A DNA stretch of 64,000 nt from Kiritimatiellia bacterium. GTDB lineage: Bacteria > Verrucomicrobiota > Kiritimatiellia > RFP12 > UBA1067. The stretch spans positions 1,355 to 65,354 of the forward strand of contig JAQUCE010000011.1 of NCBI GenBank assembly GCA_028686345.1, written 5' to 3'. The notes under the pieces are model-generated. The model saw nothing but the letters and a program-made list of their open reading frames with translations. It had not been told where the DNA came from and ran no database searches. Shown here piece after piece: positions 7,922 to 16,481 of the stretch. A program made the position numbers and the translations under genes. Positions within the stretch are counted from its first letter, which is position 1; the number at the start of each line of letters is the position of its first letter.

Positions 7922-10900
7922 TTAGTTCTCAAGGTATTTGAAGTAAAGAACCTTCTGCTCAAAGTAGTCATTGGAGCGTCCCAGGCTATCAGGATCATCA
8001 TCATAGGGCTCCCTGGAGCGGTCATCAACTCCCCTATGATGCTGATACCAGGGAGAGATACGGGTGTTGGTTTTTGTTCCGTCATTATACATGTTGGACG
8101 GCTTCACCACCTTTCCAGCCTTATCAGTCTTGGGGTAGGGGTCGCGCCACACCAGAGCAATGGCCTTGCCGCCAGCCAAAGACTTGACCGAGTCGCCAAG
8201 TGAGGGGGCGGTCGCCTCAGCACTGATGATATAGAGAAAGAGCTGCTGACGATCAGAGAAAGAGTCAAGCGTAAAGGAGTAGAGCATCTTGCGATCAACC
8301 TCATGCAGCGCCTTGCTGAGGTTAACAGGTGTGCCTCCTGCTGGCGGCGGATTGGCGGCAGGATCAAGTACCTTATCCGGGTCAGTGGCAGAGTACCAGC
8401 CAAAGTAATTATTGGAGTTATACTCATCTTTGAGGCTTTTGGTGAGGTCGGTGTTGATAGCGGTTGCATTGCGGACATTCATCAGGCAATTAGCCCATCC
8501 ATTGGTGAAGTTTTTCCAGTCGCTACCCTCCATCAGTTTACTGAAGTTACCATCCCGGATTTTGGGCGGAACCGCATTGCCTTTCTCGACTGCATCTGTA
8601 ATCTGGTATGAGACCCAGTAATCCAGAGGAACACGTTCAACAGCAGCCCCCAGCACCAGCGGGATATCGGAGAGCGGGTTGACGCGCGCGCCGATTAACG
8701 AGCCATCCTCATTGGCTGCAATAAAATTCTGGTAGATCGCATCGTGCCGTCGCTTAATCTGATCGCCTGGATCGCCGTGATCATAGAGCCGGATAGTTCT
8801 GAACATGGCATCATAATCATGACATTTATCTGGATCCTTGTGCTCTCTGAAATCAACCACCGGGCCGGTAGGTTGATACGCGAACGGGCGGATAATATAG
8901 CCCAACTCGCCCGGTGACTGCATTTTACCGGCATTGGAAACCGACATAAAAACATCCGCATCCCGTCCGTCATTCAGTGCCAGAATGTCTCTGGTGGATT
9001 TATTCAACCTGCCATCCGCCTCCGGCACATCACTTTTGATCCAGTTACTGACCTTCCAGTTAAAACGCGGGTCCGGTGTTTCAAGGCATGTCCACGCATA
9101 AGTCAGGTCAATCGGAACCGCCATGTTTTTCCCCAGCGCGGGCGATGGAACACTCTGGAAAAAGATTTTTTGGCTTGCTTGAAACTCATCCGCCTCAGTG
9201 ATTCTGTTCGCGCCGGGGAACCTGATCATTGTCGGCACGCAATCGACATATTTGTTATTGGTATTGTTTTTAATCCGGACGTAACCCAGCACCAGCGAAA
9301 CACTGATCAGGCTATCCGCGGCAAATCCGTTGTAAGGGACGCCATCGCTGTCAATAAGATCAAGATTGGGGGTTCCGCCGGGAGTGTTAAAAATGGCAGT
9401 CAGGGGGATATTAACGACTCGGCAGGTCTGTTCCTGATCAATGATATTACTGTTCCACTGATTAGGCGCAGCTGCATTGCCTTTTAATTCTATCAGGTAG
9501 TCAGAGGCTGGACCAGGAGCCTGGCCGATAAAACTGCCTGAATTCTGATCTGCGTGCACCTTATTCACCTTGAGGTAAGCGAGCACCTCAACCGTGTAAC
9601 CCGGTGTACTGGTGCGCAGCGATGTGTTTTTAAAGGGCCACATCACTTCAACATTGATAAAGGTGGTTGGAAGAAGGCGGGTAAAATCCAGGGTGTAGAT
9701 TAAGATATCCTCATTATCAGCATTTTTAGCGGCACGTGTGGTTATAAACGCCTGCGCCAGAGGCGGAACCGAGATCTGGGAGATCATGGGAGCAAGCTCA
9801 ACCGACGGCATATTAAGCGCCTTGGGAACATCATCCTCATCAAGATAGTCGGCCAGCAGGGTCGGCAGAATATCATTGAAGCTTCGGGTAACATCCACCC
9901 CTGCGCTGACATTGTCTTTCAAGGCCTCCTTCAAAGTGGCGCCGAAAGTTCCCTGAAACTCCACATCTTTATCAGGCTGAAGAGTGGTCAGATAGGCATC
10001 CGAAACAGGGGGATGGGTCAGGATGTTATGGGGCTCAGGGTTTTTCACTGGCTCGGCCATCGCCACGCCATCTGTGATTAAGATCTGCTTTGAAGCGTTT
10101 CGAAACGGTTCATAATCATAACCTGTGTTAAGGTAATCATGCCAAGGGCTGCGGAAAAGGGTGCTGTCCGCCATCTCAAACATACAGGAGTAAAAATCCT
10201 GCAGGGTTGTGTAGTTGATATCACTCTCTTTGACCCGCTTGTCAAATGCCTTTCTCTGGGCATCATCCCTAAAGAGGTGGCCTATACTGACCCGGTTTTC
10301 CGCGCCATCGCGCACCTCGGCCTTACAGTAGTTGACATTCAGCATATCCGAAACATTGATGCAGATATACGCGTAGCGCCCGATCACCGCCTCTTCATAA
10401 GCATTCAACCCCTCCATTGTGATCAGCGGCATGCTGAGCGGCCGCCACTTGGCACCGAGGTGCCCCATGCCGGCATTCGGAGCGCCGGCTGGCCGCGGCA
10501 GCGCGTAGTAGCGCACATCATTGAGCAGAATGCCGGGGATATAGGCGAGCGCGCCCAGGGTCAGCACGCGCGCGTTAGCACTGTTGTCAGCACTGTTGAC
10601 CACCGCCGAGGTACGGACGCGTCCGGGCCAGGTCGGAAATTTACGTGGATTGGGAGCACCGGCGATCGTTGTGGCGCGCAGATCGCTATCGACCTCATCC
10701 ATGGCGCGGTAGAGGGCCGCGTTCAGCATATGGCGGGCACTGGCAGCGTGGCGGTAGTTAGAGGAGGCCTGGCGTTCGATACGCATATAGATGGCGAACG
10801 CTACTGCACTGATCATCATAAAACTCAAAAAACCGAGTACAATCAAGAGTGCGGAGCCGCGTTGACCCCGGCCTGGTAAAGGATTTGTGTTGTTTCTCAT
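7922..10900 (-). CDS. Giant GspK-like minor pseudopilin (992 aa), last gene of the T2SS/type-IV-pilus-like operon
   Basis: N-terminus ...RGQRGSALLIVLGFLSFMMISAVAFAIY matches the GspK leader consensus (RGxALLxVL..). It is about 3 times longer than a canonical GspK, and the rest has no domain I can name. Confidence 0.6.
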   Translation of the reverse strand: MRNNTNPLPGRGQRGSALLIVLGFLSFMMISAVAFAIYMRIERQASSNYRHAASARHMLNAALYRAMDEVDSDLRATTIAGAPNPRKFPTWPGRVRTSAVVNSADNSANARVLTLGALAYIPGILLNDVRYYALPRPAGAPNAGMGHLGAKWRPLSMPLITMEGLNAYEEAVIGRYAYICINVSDMLNVNYCKAEVRDGAENRVSIGHLFRDDAQRKAFDKRVKESDINYTTLQDFYSCMFEMADSTLFRSPWHDYLNTGYDYEPFRNASKQILITDGVAMAEPVKNPEPHNILTHPPVSDAYLTTLQPDKDVEFQGTFGATLKEALKDNVSAGVDVTRSFNDILPTLLADYLDEDDVPKALNMPSVELAPMISQISVPPLAQAFITTRAAKNADNEDILIYTLDFTRLLPTTFINVEVMWPFKNTSLRTSTPGYTVEVLAYLKVNKVHADQNSGSFIGQAPGPASDYLIELKGNAAAPNQWNSNIIDQEQTCRVVNIPLTAIFNTPGGTPNLDLIDSDGVPYNGFAADSLISVSLVLGYVRIKNNTNNKYVDCVPTMIRFPGANRITEADEFQASQKIFFQSVPSPALGKNMAVPIDLTYAWTCLETPDPRFNWKVSNWIKSDVPEADGRLNKSTRDILALNDGRDADVFMSVSNAGKMQSPGELGYIIRPFAYQPTGPVVDFREHKDPDKCHDYDAMFRTIRLYDHGDPGDQIKRRHDAIYQNFIAANEDGSLIGARVNPLSDIPLVLGAAVERVPLDYWVSYQITDAVEKGNAVPPKIRDGNFSKLMEGSDWKNFTNGWANCLMNVRNATAINTDLTKSLKDEYNSNNYFGWYSATDPDKVLDPAANPPPAGGTPVNLSKALHEVDRKMLYSFTLDSFSDRQQLFLYIISAEATAPSLGDSVKSLAGGKAIALVWRDPYPKTDKAGKVVKPSNMYNDGTKTNTRISPWYQHHRGVDDRSREPYDDDPDSLGRSNDYFEQKVLYFKYLEN

Positions 10901-10920
10901 TCTACTTTCCTCTAAATAGG

Positions 10921-11370
10921 TTAAGGTGCCACGGCGGCGCGCATGCGGTTGGGGAAGGTCACTGCGGAACCAAAGTAATCTGTGGTCTTATTGTCACCAC
11001 CGCTGTCGCTCAGCAGCCTGAAGCGGTAGGGTGTGCCCCACGGGTCACGAAAGGCGCCGTTGATCAGCTGCACGTTCAAAAAAACCGTCTTAGAGTCGTT
11101 CTTGCCCAGCAGCTCGGATATGTTGCCTTCAGTTGCTTCAACCACGTCGCCCTGCACTGCAACTGGCCAGTCATCATAGGAGGCCTCATAAGAGAGCCAG
11201 GCGTTCATCAGGGAGCGCACCTCGGAGTTGGCTTTGGCGACCCGCGCCGCAGTGCGCGCCCGACCGATGCCGGTAAAGGTGACACCCATCAGAATACTGA
11301 TCATGCCCAGCACCACCAGCATCTCCACCAATGTGAAGGCATTGCTCGTATTGTCTTTAAATCTTTTCAT
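10921..11370 (-). CDS. gspG: Type II secretion / type IV pilus major pseudopilin, GspG family
   Basis: Prepilin leader MKRFKDNTSNA|FTLVEMLVVLGMISIL, and GspG C-terminal motif RDPWGTPYRFRLLSDSGGD. Start moved to the internal ATG at 11370 with a GGAGG RBS. Confidence 0.7.
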   Translation of the reverse strand: MKRFKDNTSNAFTLVEMLVVLGMISILMGVTFTGIGRARTAARVAKANSEVRSLMNAWLSYEASYDDWPVAVQGDVVEATEGNISELLGKNDSKTVFLNVQLINGAFRDPWGTPYRFRLLSDSGGDNKTTDYFGSAVTFPNRMRAAVAP

Positions 11371-11441
11371 ACTCTTTTTCAAACCTCCAAAGGCGCATAA
11401 ACTCACGCACCTTAGAACTTTAGAACTCTAGAACTTCTCCC

Positions 11442-12098
11442 TCACTCCGCCCAGGTGCGGATATCATCCTTGGTGCCCCAGACACCGTCGGGTCCGGCTG
11501 AGGCGGCGCCAATCTCCAGGTTATACCCCAGTGATTCGACTTTGGCTTTCAGGCGCACTGATAAAGGCAGCCCATCCGTGGGGTTTGTGCCGAACTCAGC
11601 CTCAAAACTCTGCAGGTCAGTGGTCGGTGTGTTCTGACTGCCGCTGCTCTCAAAAAACTTCTTAACATCTGAAGTAATCGTCTCTTTACCGCCTCGGGCG
11701 AGCAGGATGGTCTCAATTCTTTTTCCCTCTGTATTATACTGAATAAAAGAGAGGCTGCGGCGGGCGGAGTTACCAAAATCATCCCCTTCAAAACCGCTGG
11801 ATGAAAGAGTATAAAACCTGAGTTCACTGCCTTTAAAACTCTGCGAGCCGGGGAGTTGATCACGCAGCTCCTTTGGGATGGAGCGCGCATCAACAGCCTT
11901 GGCCGCATCGCGCTGGATCGAGCCGATCAGCGAGCGGATCTGCATAAAGGCATCCGCCCGCCGCACGCCGGTGCGCCAGGCCATGCTGGTCTGTTGAAAG
12001 AGCATGGCCAGCATCATCACAATCACCACCAGGATCGAGGATGCAACAAGCACCTCAATCATGGAAAATCCCGCGTTTTTATTGGTTCTGTAGTTCAT
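11442..12098 (-). CDS. Minor pseudopilin (GspJ/PulJ-like), prepilin-type N-terminal cleavage/methylation domain
   Basis: MNYRTNKNAG|FSMIEVLVASSILVVIVMMLA leader plus hydrophobic helix. Confidence 0.6.
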   Translation of the reverse strand: MNYRTNKNAGFSMIEVLVASSILVVIVMMLAMLFQQTSMAWRTGVRRADAFMQIRSLIGSIQRDAAKAVDARSIPKELRDQLPGSQSFKGSELRFYTLSSSGFEGDDFGNSARRSLSFIQYNTEGKRIETILLARGGKETITSDVKKFFESSGSQNTPTTDLQSFEAEFGTNPTDGLPLSVRLKAKVESLGYNLEIGAASAGPDGVWGTKDDIRTWAE

Positions 12099-12142
12099 GG
12101 TCGCTTTTCACCCTCAAGTGTTGATGCGCATCAGGGGCGCTG

Positions 12143-12667
12143 TTACGGCGTGCCCTGGAACATCGCCTCCGCATAGTAGATCGGGTTGTTGGAGTATTGG
12201 TTATAGTTGTTCAAATTTTTCAGCTCGGTTGACTGCACCATAATGCCCATAATCCGACCAGAGAAGCCGGGCACAATCGTGCAGACAACCCGGTAGCGTC
12301 CGCCCAGCTTGGGCGCATCGCTCCAATCGGTCTCTTTAATTTGGCTCCCCATAAACCCTGGCCACACGTTACCGGAATTGCCTTTGACAGAGTCAGCCTT
12401 GGGAACCTGGGCGGACCATTGAGCCCAGGTGATATTGGTCTGCGAGGCAGCGGCCACGGCCTGGTTGAGCACGTAATCGGCCAGCATGCTCTGCTTTAGA
12501 TCAGCCTGTCCCTGAGTACTCTCACGCAGACCAAGGGGATAGAGCACTACCATGCTGAGAATGCCGACTGACATGACAAAGACCGCCATGTTGACCTCCA
12601 TCAGGGAGAAGGCTGCCCGTTGCTCTTTTTTCTTGCATAATTTCATACGATCACCACTTGCTGTCAT
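12143..12667 (-). CDS. Minor pseudopilin (GspI-like), prepilin-type N-terminal domain
   Basis: ...KEQRAAFSLMEVNMAVFVMSVGILSMVVLYP. The track ORF starts with GTG at 12694; ATG starts at 12667 or 12646 are more likely. The start is uncertain. Confidence 0.5.
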   Translation of the reverse strand: MTASGDRMKLCKKKEQRAAFSLMEVNMAVFVMSVGILSMVVLYPLGLRESTQGQADLKQSMLADYVLNQAVAAASQTNITWAQWSAQVPKADSVKGNSGNVWPGFMGSQIKETDWSDAPKLGGRYRVVCTIVPGFSGRIMGIMVQSTELKNLNNYNQYSNNPIYYAEAMFQGTP

Positions 12668-13496
12668 ACTCGACTTTACCCTCTTTTGTGACACGAACAG
12701 TTGTGCTTTTATATGGAGGAGAGGTTTCAGCGATTGCGATTGTAACCCTTTTCAGTGCGCGGCCATCCGGCAGGAAGGTGAGCACCTGAATCCTTTTCTC
12801 ATCCTCCTTCAGATCTTTAAACTCGAATAATTTCGGCAGAGTCTGAACAGGCGCGGCTTCAACCCCGTACGAATCGCCAACGCGCCAAACATCCCCGCCA
12901 GCCCGGACAGGCACATTGCGGTTGATCTCAAAACACCAGGCATTGATCACATCCTCTTTGGGCCCTGTGCGGGGTTTATACGCTGACTGCCGCCCGGAAA
13001 TCATATCCTTTGAGCTGACCACCCATGGATAGACAAAGGAGAAGCCGCCCTCAGTGTTGGTCAGATTGTACAGACGGAAGCCGCCTTTATAGCTTGAGGC
13101 GTTCTCCAACGCAACAGTGCTGAACATGGTGTCCAGCGAGTTGAACTCGTCAATCAGGTATTGGTTGCCCGGCGGTATAAACGAGATCTTGCCGACCTCT
13201 TTACAAACAACATAGGAGGGGATCACCGCCTTCTTGCTGCCGCCGAGATCCGCGTCAACAATGCCGCTGACCTCATTGTAAAGCACCACACTAACGCGCG
13301 CGTTGTCCATGCAGGCGCGCTGCCTGGCCAGTGTCAGAGTGTTGGCCAGATGCTTGACAGCACCACGCCGCGCCATGCCGCGTGCCGCGCCAAAATAACT
13401 GGTGACCGCCAGGGTGGTCAGCAGCCCCATGATCGACAGCACTGCCAGCAACTCCAGCAAAGAAAAGCCAAACTCGGTTTTTTTTCTCGCACCCAT
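12651..13496 (-). CDS. Minor pseudopilin (GspH-like), prepilin-type N-terminal domain
   Basis: MGARKKTEFG|FSLLELLAVLSIMGLLTTLAV. The internal ATG at 13496 was chosen. Confidence 0.6.
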   Translation of the reverse strand: MGARKKTEFGFSLLELLAVLSIMGLLTTLAVTSYFGAARGMARRGAVKHLANTLTLARQRACMDNARVSVVLYNEVSGIVDADLGGSKKAVIPSYVVCKEVGKISFIPPGNQYLIDEFNSLDTMFSTVALENASSYKGGFRLYNLTNTEGGFSFVYPWVVSSKDMISGRQSAYKPRTGPKEDVINAWCFEINRNVPVRAGGDVWRVGDSYGVEAAPVQTLPKLFEFKDLKEDEKRIQVLTFLPDGRALKRVTIAIAETSPPYKSTTVRVTKEGKVEYDSKW

Positions 13497-13519
13497 ACTC
13501 TCTCTCACCCCCCTGCAAA

Positions 13520-14011
13520 TCATCGGGCCACCCTGACCGAATCAGTTGCCAGATTATACTCCACCGTGAAAAACTTGAACTCCCTGGTGTTGCGCGGGTC
13601 AGCGTAGCCCAGCGGCAGATCGGTCTTGCCCTGCTCCAATGCCTGCCTAACCGACATCCGGGAACCATCGACTCTGGTTAAAATCGCCGAAGGGTCGACA
13701 TAGTTGTTCTTGGACTTGAACATCTTCTTGAAAGCCTTCTGATTGTTCTCGCCTTCCACCTTGTAAAGTGTCTGTGAATTGCCAACCCTTTTCATATCAG
13801 AGAGCTCAAACGGCCACTCATTCTGCTGCGCCCGGTAGTTGTTGAGCGCCATCTGCAGACCGCTGACCATCGCGTCGACCCTCTTTTCGCGCATGGTGCG
13901 CATTGACCTCATCACCGCGCCGGTTGCCAAGGTGGTAATCATCGCCATCACCGCCACAACCACCAGCATCTCCACAATGGTAAAGCCTTTTCGATTATTT
14001 TTTTTATTCAT
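13520..14011 (-). CDS. Pseudopilin, GspG family (prepilin-type N-terminal cleavage/methylation)
   Basis: MNKKNNRKG|FTIVEMLVVVAVMAMITTLA, with an AGGAGA RBS 8 nt upstream of the ATG. Confidence 0.7.
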   Translation of the reverse strand: MNKKNNRKGFTIVEMLVVVAVMAMITTLATGAVMRSMRTMREKRVDAMVSGLQMALNNYRAQQNEWPFELSDMKRVGNSQTLYKVEGENNQKAFKKMFKSKNNYVDPSAILTRVDGSRMSVRQALEQGKTDLPLGYADPRNTREFKFFTVEYNLATDSVRVAR

Positions 14012-14270
14012 ACGTCTCCTTTGGTCTCGTACCTATAACTCGTTCACTTGGCCGCGGTTGCGTGACTATAACTCAGGGGCGGGGTCGGGGTCGAAAAGCG
14101 AAACAATCGACTTGGCGATATCACGACTTCACGACTTCCGATTTCCAGGCTGCCGAACTTCGAGTTATCTCCTCGTTTTTTCGCAGCGCGCTGCGCACCC
14201 GGTTTGCCGCCTGCCTTCGATGCCGATGCCGACTCCGATGTTCTCCGCCCCTAACCTCTAACCCCTGGCA

Positions 14271-14912
14271 CTACTGCTCTGATATCACCTGCGCGTGATT
14301 CCAGCTGATCAGATCATCGTAGGGATAGCGGTTCCTGGCCTTGGGGTTTCTGCTCTCAAAATCATCCTGTCCGTCAGGGCCGCGCGACCAGACAATAACA
14401 TTGGCGCGGATGGTCAGTCCTTTGGGCGAACCCTCTTTGGCATCAACATAGCCGTCATTGTCAATATCCAGCCGGAACTGGATTCTGCGATCCTCAATCT
14501 TCACTCCGTCAAATCCAACCTGGGCGGCGGTGGAGAGCGACGGGTTGCGCCGCAGAGCATCGCGCCCCCACTCATCGAGAAAGCCAAAGCGGTCAAGGCT
14601 GGTGCTGTTGAGGTTGCCAAGATCAACCTTAACGTCCAGCAGGTGGTTCTGCGCCAACACCTGGCAGACCTTCTCATCCATCTCCAGCGCGTTGATCATA
14701 GTCTGATGCCACCGCCGCTCCTTCTGCAAGTAGAGGTTCAAGGCTGTGTGGGCATCGCTCACCGCGCCCTGCGCTTTGGCGCGCTTGGCGCTTCTTTTCA
14801 AGTGGCCCACCGAGGTCATCATGGCAGCGGAGATCATACCGATTATGCCGATCACCACCAGCAACTCCACCAGCGTAAAGCCGCCCCGCCCGTTATTTTC
14901 AAATTTTTTCAT
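14271..14912 (-). CDS. Pseudopilin, GspG family
   Basis: MKKFENNGRGG|FTLVELLVVIGIIGMISAAMM, and C-terminal ...VIVWSRGPDGQDDF. The track ORF begins with TTG at 14939; the ATG at 14912 was used. Confidence 0.65.
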   Translation of the reverse strand: MKKFENNGRGGFTLVELLVVIGIIGMISAAMMTSVGHLKRSAKRAKAQGAVSDAHTALNLYLQKERRWHQTMINALEMDEKVCQVLAQNHLLDVKVDLGNLNSTSLDRFGFLDEWGRDALRRNPSLSTAAQVGFDGVKIEDRRIQFRLDIDNDGYVDAKEGSPKGLTIRANVIVWSRGPDGQDDFESRNPKARNRYPYDDLISWNHAQVISEQ

Positions 14913-14939
14913 ACTGTGAATCATCCTACTCGCCTTCAA

Positions 14940-15254
14940 TCCTGATCCCGACTCTGGCGGAGCACTTACCGCTTAAAACTTACCACTTACCGCTTAAAAC
15001 TCGCCTTCGATCCCGACCCCGACTCCGCTGGCCGCTGGCCACTGGCCGCTAGCCGCTGGCTGCCTTGTAGGGCGCGACTGCGAACGTGCAGTGCTTCGCA
15101 AGCCTCAGCTAGCAATCGTCTGGTCAGAAAAGCACCATCCCGAGGTCATGGCCCTCGGCTACAATGCTTCGCAAGCAACTTCCAACCTCCAACTTGCCGT
15201 CGATACCGACCCCGACCCCGAGTCGCACCAACCCCCTAAACCCTAAACCCCGGC
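14940..15254. repeat. Low-complexity spacer packed with short direct repeats and G/C-tract motifs between pseudopilin genes
   Basis: Segments read: cttaccgcttaaaact twice, gctggccgctggccactggccgctagccgctggc, tgcttcgcaagc twice, ccctaaaccctaaacccc. The motif cgccttcgatcccgaccccgactcc also occurs at 14215-14245 and 15197-15232, and the related ggggcggggtcggggtcg at 14084-14101. Confidence 0.5.
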
Positions 15255-16313
15255 CTAGCGGTCAAAGCCGACAATGTCATCCTTAGTCCACCCGGAGACC
15301 AGCTTCAGGTCGTCCGAGCTGAGCGACTCAAGCGGTATCCAAGGAGGGAAGGTATTTCCATCTGAGCCTGCTGACCAGATCCGGTAGCTCTGGTAGGGCG
15401 GGGCAGAGTAGTAGAAAAAGTCATTGCCCCAGCCATCCACAACCGTGGTGCAAAACAGAATGGTTTTTTGTCCATCTTTGGAGTACGCACCCCTGAATTG
15501 ATGAGAGCCGCCCATGGAGTCCTGCACATCTCCGCCGCCTTGAAGCACAGTGTTCATAATGGTCGGCGCATGACCGCTCAAAATGCCCTCAAGGTTGGGG
15601 AGCCACTTGGCGCACTCGCGCATCTCCAGCTCGCGCTGGCCTTTGAGCGCATTGCGCAGTTTGTCCTTGTTGCCAGCACCGATGCGTGAGCTCTTGTTAT
15701 GAAGCCCCCACTGTTTACTGTGATAAAACCCTTCGATCGGCTGATCCCTGCTAAAAGCACTGGTTTCCGGGGGAATCCCTACCAGCTCCACACGGGGCAG
15801 TAGAAAAGAGAGCAAGCCGAACTTGAACATCTTCACTTCCTCCCACATGGCATTTGGTATGGTTGCCGCATTGTTGTAAACTTCGTTCACGGTTCGAATC
15901 TGCTGATCGCGAAACTTCTCGTTGACAAACTCATCATAGGTCTGGGGATAGGGGTACTCAAAGGAGACCGGCTGAGCGCGCGCCGCCCAGCGCGCGGCAG
16001 CCGTTTTTTGACCGCCGCTCCAGGGGATTTTCTCGCCACCCTGCGCCCCGCGGTCATCCGAAGCGTTCATGGGATCCGGGTTGGCATACAACGGCACTGG
16101 AGGGTAGGTGCCGTAGGAGGAGTAAAACCCTGAGATCGCATTCTGCAACCGCTCCATACGCGCCTTGGTCTGGGCTGTTTTGGAGTTTTCAGAGACCGCG
16201 CTGAACAGCTTGAAGACTGATGCAATCAAGATGCCGATAATCACCAGCACCACCATCAGCTCCAGCAAGGTGAAAGCGCGCTTACTGTTAAATTTATTAA
16301 CCTTTGCACTCAT
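15255..16313 (-). CDS. gspG: Large GspG-family pseudopilin (352 aa)
   Basis: KRAFTLLELMVVLVIIGILIASVF, and C-terminal GspG signature DGWGNDFFYYSAPPYQSYRIWSAGSDGN. GGAGGA RBS. Confidence 0.7.
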   Translation of the reverse strand: MSAKVNKFNSKRAFTLLELMVVLVIIGILIASVFKLFSAVSENSKTAQTKARMERLQNAISGFYSSYGTYPPVPLYANPDPMNASDDRGAQGGEKIPWSGGQKTAAARWAARAQPVSFEYPYPQTYDEFVNEKFRDQQIRTVNEVYNNAATIPNAMWEEVKMFKFGLLSFLLPRVELVGIPPETSAFSRDQPIEGFYHSKQWGLHNKSSRIGAGNKDKLRNALKGQRELEMRECAKWLPNLEGILSGHAPTIMNTVLQGGGDVQDSMGGSHQFRGAYSKDGQKTILFCTTVVDGWGNDFFYYSAPPYQSYRIWSAGSDGNTFPPWIPLESLSSDDLKLVSGWTKDDIVGFDR

Positions 16314-16327
16314 AAATATCCTCCATG

Positions 16328-16346
16328 AGCAAGCAGGATGCTTGCT
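16328..16346. promoter_or_regulatory. 19-bp perfect palindrome AGCAAGCAGGATGCTTGCT immediately upstream of the RBS of the 352-aa gspG-like gene
   Basis: 8-bp arms with a 3-bp centre. Related copies at 23749-23767 and 30088-30106. Confidence 0.35.
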
Positions 16347-16481
16347 CTACTTCAAACTTGATTTCTCCAAACGCGCAGCGTTTGTGACTAAAGCAGCGGG
16401 CCCATAACCATGAACTTTTCAGTGAGAGCGAATGCCGTCCGCACATCGCTCAGCCGCATTTGGTTTCCGCAGCTAGCTGCT

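Noticed and set aside
10139-10879. 246-aa plus-strand ORF antisense to the GspK-like gene
   Set aside because: Same reasoning: a high-GC antisense artefact nested in a much longer, operon-embedded ORF.
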